Assembly: GCA_045837725.1 (NCBI GenBank)
Contig: JBEWZL010000145.1
Span: 372,001-436,000 of the forward strand
Direction of reading: 5' to 3'
Source of the DNA: Vermamoeba vermiformis
Taxonomy: Eukaryota
DNA length: 64,000 bases
Part shown: positions 59,270 to 64,000 of the stretch, piece by piece
Numbering within the stretch: position 1 is the stretch's first letter
Layout: the number at the start of each line of letters is the position of its first letter
Program-made: the position numbers and the translations under genes
Notes under the pieces: model-generated
The model's input: the letters and a program-made list of their open reading frames with translations, nothing else
The model's database searches: none
Told to the model about the DNA's origin: nothing

Positions 59270-60350
59270 GAACCAGTTTTGGAACCTAATTGCCAAAGTT
59301 TCCGGTCCACGGTTGCCAAAAAATCCGGTTCTGGGAGGTTTCCTTCCAGCAATTTACCTTCCAGCAGTTTTCCTTCCAGCAGTTTTCCTCGGAGCTGTAA
59401 CCTTCTTGCCGAAATTTCTTGTCGTTGCCAAAAAATCCGGTTTGGAAGCAAGCTGCCACGAGGTTTGGAAGCAAGCTGCCGCGGTGCCAAAAAATCCGGT
59501 TCTGGTAGCTAGCTGCAAAAAAGTCGGTTCTGGAAGCTAACTGCCACGACGCCAAAAAATCCGGTTCCAGCACTTGGAACTTCTAGCAGTTTTTCTTCCA
59601 GCAATTTACCTTCCAGCAGTTTTTCTTCCGACAGTTTTCTTCGGAGCTGCAACTTTCTTGCCGAAATTTCTTGTTCGTTGCCAAAAAAGTCGGTTCTGGA
59701 AGCAAGCTGCCACGGTGCCAAAAAATCCGGTTTGGAAGCAAGCTGCCACGTGCCAAAAAAGTCGGTTCCAACGCTTGGAACTTCCAGCAGTTTTTCTTCT
59801 AGCATTTTTTCTTCCAGCAGTTTTTCTTCCGACAGTTTTCTTCAGAGCTGCAACTTTCTTGCCGAAATTTCTCTTTCGTTGCCAAAAAATCCGGTTTGGA
59901 AGCAAGCTGCCACGATGCCAAAAAAATCCGGTTCTGGAAGCTAGCTGCCACGGTGCCAAAAAAACCGGTTTGGAAGCAAGCTGCCACGACGCCAAAAAAT
60001 CCGGTTCCAGCACTTGGAACTTCCAGCAGTTTTCCTTCCAGCAATTTGACTTCCAGCAGTTTTTCTTCCGACAGTTTTCTTCGGAGCTGCAACCTTCTTG
60101 CCGAAATTTCTCGTTCGTTACCAAAAAAACTGGTTTGGAAGCAAGCTGCCGCGGTGCCAAAAAATCCGGTTTGGAAGCTCCGCCACGGTTGCCAAAAAAT
60201 CCGGTTCCAGCACTTGGAACTTCCAGCAGTTTTTCTTCTAGCATTTTTTCTTCCAGCAGTTTTCCTCGGAGCTGCAACCTTCTTGCCGAAATTTCTTGTC
60301 GTTGCCAAAAAACTCGGTTCTGGGGTTTCTTCCAGCAGTTACTTCTAGCA
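59270..60350. repeat. Hierarchical (higher-order) tandem repeat array
   Basis: 15-nt subunits (CTTCCAGCAGTTTTY) and about 35-nt subunits (GCCAAAAAATCCGGTTTGGAAGCAAGCTGCCACG). Marker CTTGCCGAAATTTCT occurs at 59405, 59657, 59858, 60097 and 60282. Confidence 0.95.
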
Positions 60351-60464
60351 ATATTTTTCTAACCTAATGAGACAGTGATAATGGCTTGAGACGATGTCGA
60401 GAGGCGAGATTTTCATCTGCAATCGTTTATGTTTTTCAGTAGTACCACCAATTATTATTTATCG

Positions 60465-62993
60465 TTACTTAAGGCCTAATTTATTCTTGAAGAATGCCCA
60501 ATGATCGAGGGGTGCTGCTCGTTGCCACGCACCATTCACTTTAATTTCGTAAATGACGCAACACGGTCCATATGCTGTTCCGCAAGCTGGTGTTTTGGCT
60601 GGCTCAGGCTGTCGCTGTGTATCAAAGTACACGAGCTGAAATATGGCAGCTTTGTGGTACTCAACTTTGTCTTTGTCGCGCCAATCACGTGCGTTGTCCA
60701 CGTACTTGTTGGATGCGGAGAGATGGTGGTCTTTATACGAGAAGATAATGCAATATCTATGCATAATAACATAGGTTTAGCAACATCAATAATCGTATAT
60801 AACATTATCGCTGCGAAATCTGTACCTCTGAGTCTCATCTTCGAACACGATCTGCGACGAAACCGCGCACGGGACATTGAAAATAGTGCAGCTAATGGCG
60901 ATCTTCTTATTTAAGTCACCTTGTTGTATGTGCCATATCTAATAGGACCATTTAATTAGGCACGAGCACCTAACTGTTGTTATTTGCGCGTACCTCGCTC
61001 TTGCCGTTTGGCTCGATCTGCAATACTTCAATAGGCAACTCAACGTCTTCATCCATAAAGCTCAACATATTCACATACGAAGGTGATAAGCAAGTAATCG
61101 TGCCGTTGGATAGCTTCAGTATAAAATAAGTAAATTACATCCGGATGTACTTTTTAACATTAAAAACTGTTATTAATCGTTATGCAGTATATCTATAGTG
61201 AGTTCATTAAACCTTTTTCCCTTACTTGAACAAAATCCGGTTTTTCCCACCGGGACTGCATGGCGATCCGCGTTAAGACTTTGCATTTTGTGGAGGCAAC
61301 CTCTACGAGCAATACAGTTGGTCTACAATAGAGCCATATAATGCCGTCGAATACATCTATCCCAGAGACACTCTGAAACAATTCGTTAGCAAAAATAGGA
61401 TCAAAAATAAATTGGAGGCTTACGCTTATAGGCTCTTCAATAGGATACACATGGCGTTGCATAGTCGTAAGGTTGTATTTAATAAGACATTGCTGTTCGG
61501 AACTAACGATCCACAACTAAAAGGATACGGATGTGTTTAATAGACCGACAAAAATATTGACTCGAAATAAACTTACGTCGTCCCCTACTAATGTTTCGCA
61601 TTTAAGTTTGGCTTCTTTAATCAATATTTCCTTATTTTGGAGCACATCCAGAACAAGAATGAATCCACCCTTGAAAAAAAAGGTCAGATCCGTACCAAAG
61701 GTTGGTTTAAGCATTTCATACTTCGCGGTTATGCAATAGTAGTTTTGAGCCAAAAAGTTGTCGACTAGACATTTCCCAATGCGATAGATCTTCACTAAAG
61801 CTTTTTTCCAGGATTTTTGTTCCAGTACGCAGATCGAAAACGTGAACTAAGATCGAGCTATACAATATCGTTACTAATTATAAATAGTGGACAGATTAAC
61901 ATACCGCGCAGTCCAATCGTCCCAAGTCATTCCGAGCAACGAGCTATTTTTGTCTTTGTTTCTGATCGGGGACACATCTAAGAAAAGTGTTTAAAACTGT
62001 ATTGTTTAGCAGTGCTACACTCTTACACTGATGGTTGATATTCTCTATACGAAGTGTGTTACTGAGCTTTGGTTCTTGGTGGACATTCGTCGGATCGAAC
62101 GTTCCGTATTCAGTTTGGTATGCGTCCTGGTCCCACAGCGTTTCACGCTATAGAAGTTAATAACAAATAATCATGTATCATAAGCGGGACACTTACTTCC
62201 AAAGCATAATTGTTGAAGAGCTCTAAATTCTCATCGTTGTAATTCTAAAGAAGATCAGTTACTTCGTGAAAAAACTGGTAGTCTTATATTATTACCGCTA
62301 CTATAGTACGTGTTTCGAGGTCCCACAGCTCTGTTGCAAGATGATCATGTGTCGAATATGAGTACCTGACAAAAAAACGACACTTGCGTTGGAGACAATA
62401 TTTTCGACTTAAAATATCGTCTCATACCCTTGTGATTCCATCACCTCCCATACCAATAGGCAGTGCTTGCCGCTGACTGTTTGATGGCGTAAGATGATCT
62501 CAGCACGTGGATTTGATGCCGGACAACGAACGCCTAAAGTGTGCTGCACGCATCTGACAAAAACCGGTAAGCCAAACCAAATTGTTTGAGTAATTACCTT
62601 TTTTTAATCATATTTCTCTTCACTTGGAAGTGTCTTTGAACGATTTGACGCCAAGAAACATCTTTTTGTGAGTAGGAGAACGGATGCGGAAATGAATCGT
62701 TGAAAATTGCTTCCTAACGAATAATAATTAATTAAGGATACAAAATGAATATTTAACGGATTATTTTTCCAGACTGTAGTTCCTGACGTGTTAGTTGAAT
62801 TTTCGAATTAATTAAATCAAATTAGCTTATTTACGACTATTATTATTGGTTGCTACCGTACTTTCCAAATACTGTCATAATTTGCAAGATTGTTCCACGT
62901 TGAATTGACACAAACAGCACTGGTCAGCTCTTTGCAACTTAAAAACGAGAAGATCGTTGTCAATAGCTCTCTTGGAAGCCCTGTCCAATCCAT
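60465..62993 (-). CDS. F-box protein with uncharacterised C-terminal domain; many exons
   Basis: First exon MDWTGLPRELLTTIFSFLSCKELTSAVCVNSTWNNLANYDSIWK is a classic F-box. Last exon ends RAAPLDHWAFFKNKLGLK. Confidence 0.75.
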
Positions 62994-63158
62994 TTGAGCT
63001 CAAAATAATAATTGAACTGTTGCTATCACGACGGACGCCGAGATAAACAACAATTGATTTTTTTGTCACTCTGGCATAGTCCCGTTTGAAACCTTTGCTG
63101 AAATTTATTAGAAGTCAATACAAATACAATTATTAGTAAGTGGTTGGACATTAAGACA

Positions 63159-64000
63159 TTATTTGAGTCCTAATTTAGTCTTGAAGAATGCCCAATGATC
63201 GAGCGGTGCTGCTCGTTGCCACGCACCATTCACTTTGGTTTCGTAAATGACCCAACACGGTCCATACGCTGTCGGCTGTGTTCCGTTAGGAGTGGAGATG
63301 GCACCTTCTTCTCGGTCCCTATCAAAGTACACGAGCTGAAATATGGCAGATTTGTGGTACTCAACTTTGTCTTTGTCGCGCCAACCGCGTGCGTTGTCCA
63401 CGTACTTGTTGGATGCGCAATTTTTCTCTTCTGTCATGTTGCCATAAGAGAATGCAATGCAATATCTACTACACATATTAGTATGACGCCATTATATCTC
63501 TATTTGGATGAAATTCGCACCTTGTACTCTGATCTTCAAACACGATCTGCGAAGTGACGAACGATGTTGGGCTGCATTCGGCGATCTTCTTATTTAAGTC
63601 ACCTTGTTGTATGTTCAAGATCTAATAGCTCGAGTTAATATTATACCTTCAATAAATGATTCGAATGGTAAGCACGTATACCTTGTTCTTGCCATTTGGC
63701 TCAATCTGCAAGACTTGAATAGGCAACTCAACGTCTGCATTCATAAAGCTTAATGTATGCACAAATGAACTAGTCGACATAGAGAATACACCATTAGGCA
63801 GCTATAAAGCGTTAGAATAATTTGTGACAACAGATGCGGCCATAACTTTCGTGAATGATATTATAAACAATCGATATTGCATAATATAATATCGTTGTAG
63901 GCTTATTCTAATGTTTTTGTAGCTTACTTGAGTGATAGTGGGTTTGCTCCAGCCTGGGAACGAAATCCATTTTAAGACTTTACTTTTAGTCGCTGAAGTA
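63159..64000 (-). CDS. Tandem paralogue of the 60465-62993 gene (3' part; 5' end outside window)
   Basis: Near-identical last exon (ASNKYVDNAR.WRDKDKVEYHK.AIFQLVYFD...RAAPLDHWAFFK) and matching upstream exons. Confidence 0.8.

Noticed and set aside
59270-60350. CRISPR array or protein-coding ORFs in the repeat
   Set aside because: There are no unique spacers and no cas genes, and the context is eukaryotic. The overlapping ORFs on both strands arise from stop-poor repeat units.

Overview
Gene-dense, AT-rich eukaryotic (protist, probably amoebozoan-like; inferred) genomic DNA with many short GT-AG introns, so the ORF track fragments most genes. About 30 genes were rebuilt by hand. They include one intronless copy of each core histone within 8 kb, housekeeping genes (ZnT9-like CDF, RPLP1, kynureninase, USP15-like, bL9m), several F-box genes, bacterial-looking enzymes with introns (NadR-type kinase, GH13 glucosidase, PLP aminotransferase) and a C2-ankyrin-SAM TKL kinase. 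Non-coding features include a MITE and a hierarchical tandem repeat. Two observations stand out. (1) All four histone genes end in a metazoan-type histone stem-loop followed at fixed spacing by GRAATTTATC and a second hairpin; this resembles the Sm site and 3' stem-loop of U7 snRNA encoded in cis. (2) A spliced type IIA topoisomerase gene keeps all cleavage-core motifs but lacks the entire ATPase domain. CDS coordinates are gene spans including introns, and exon boundaries are manual inferences.
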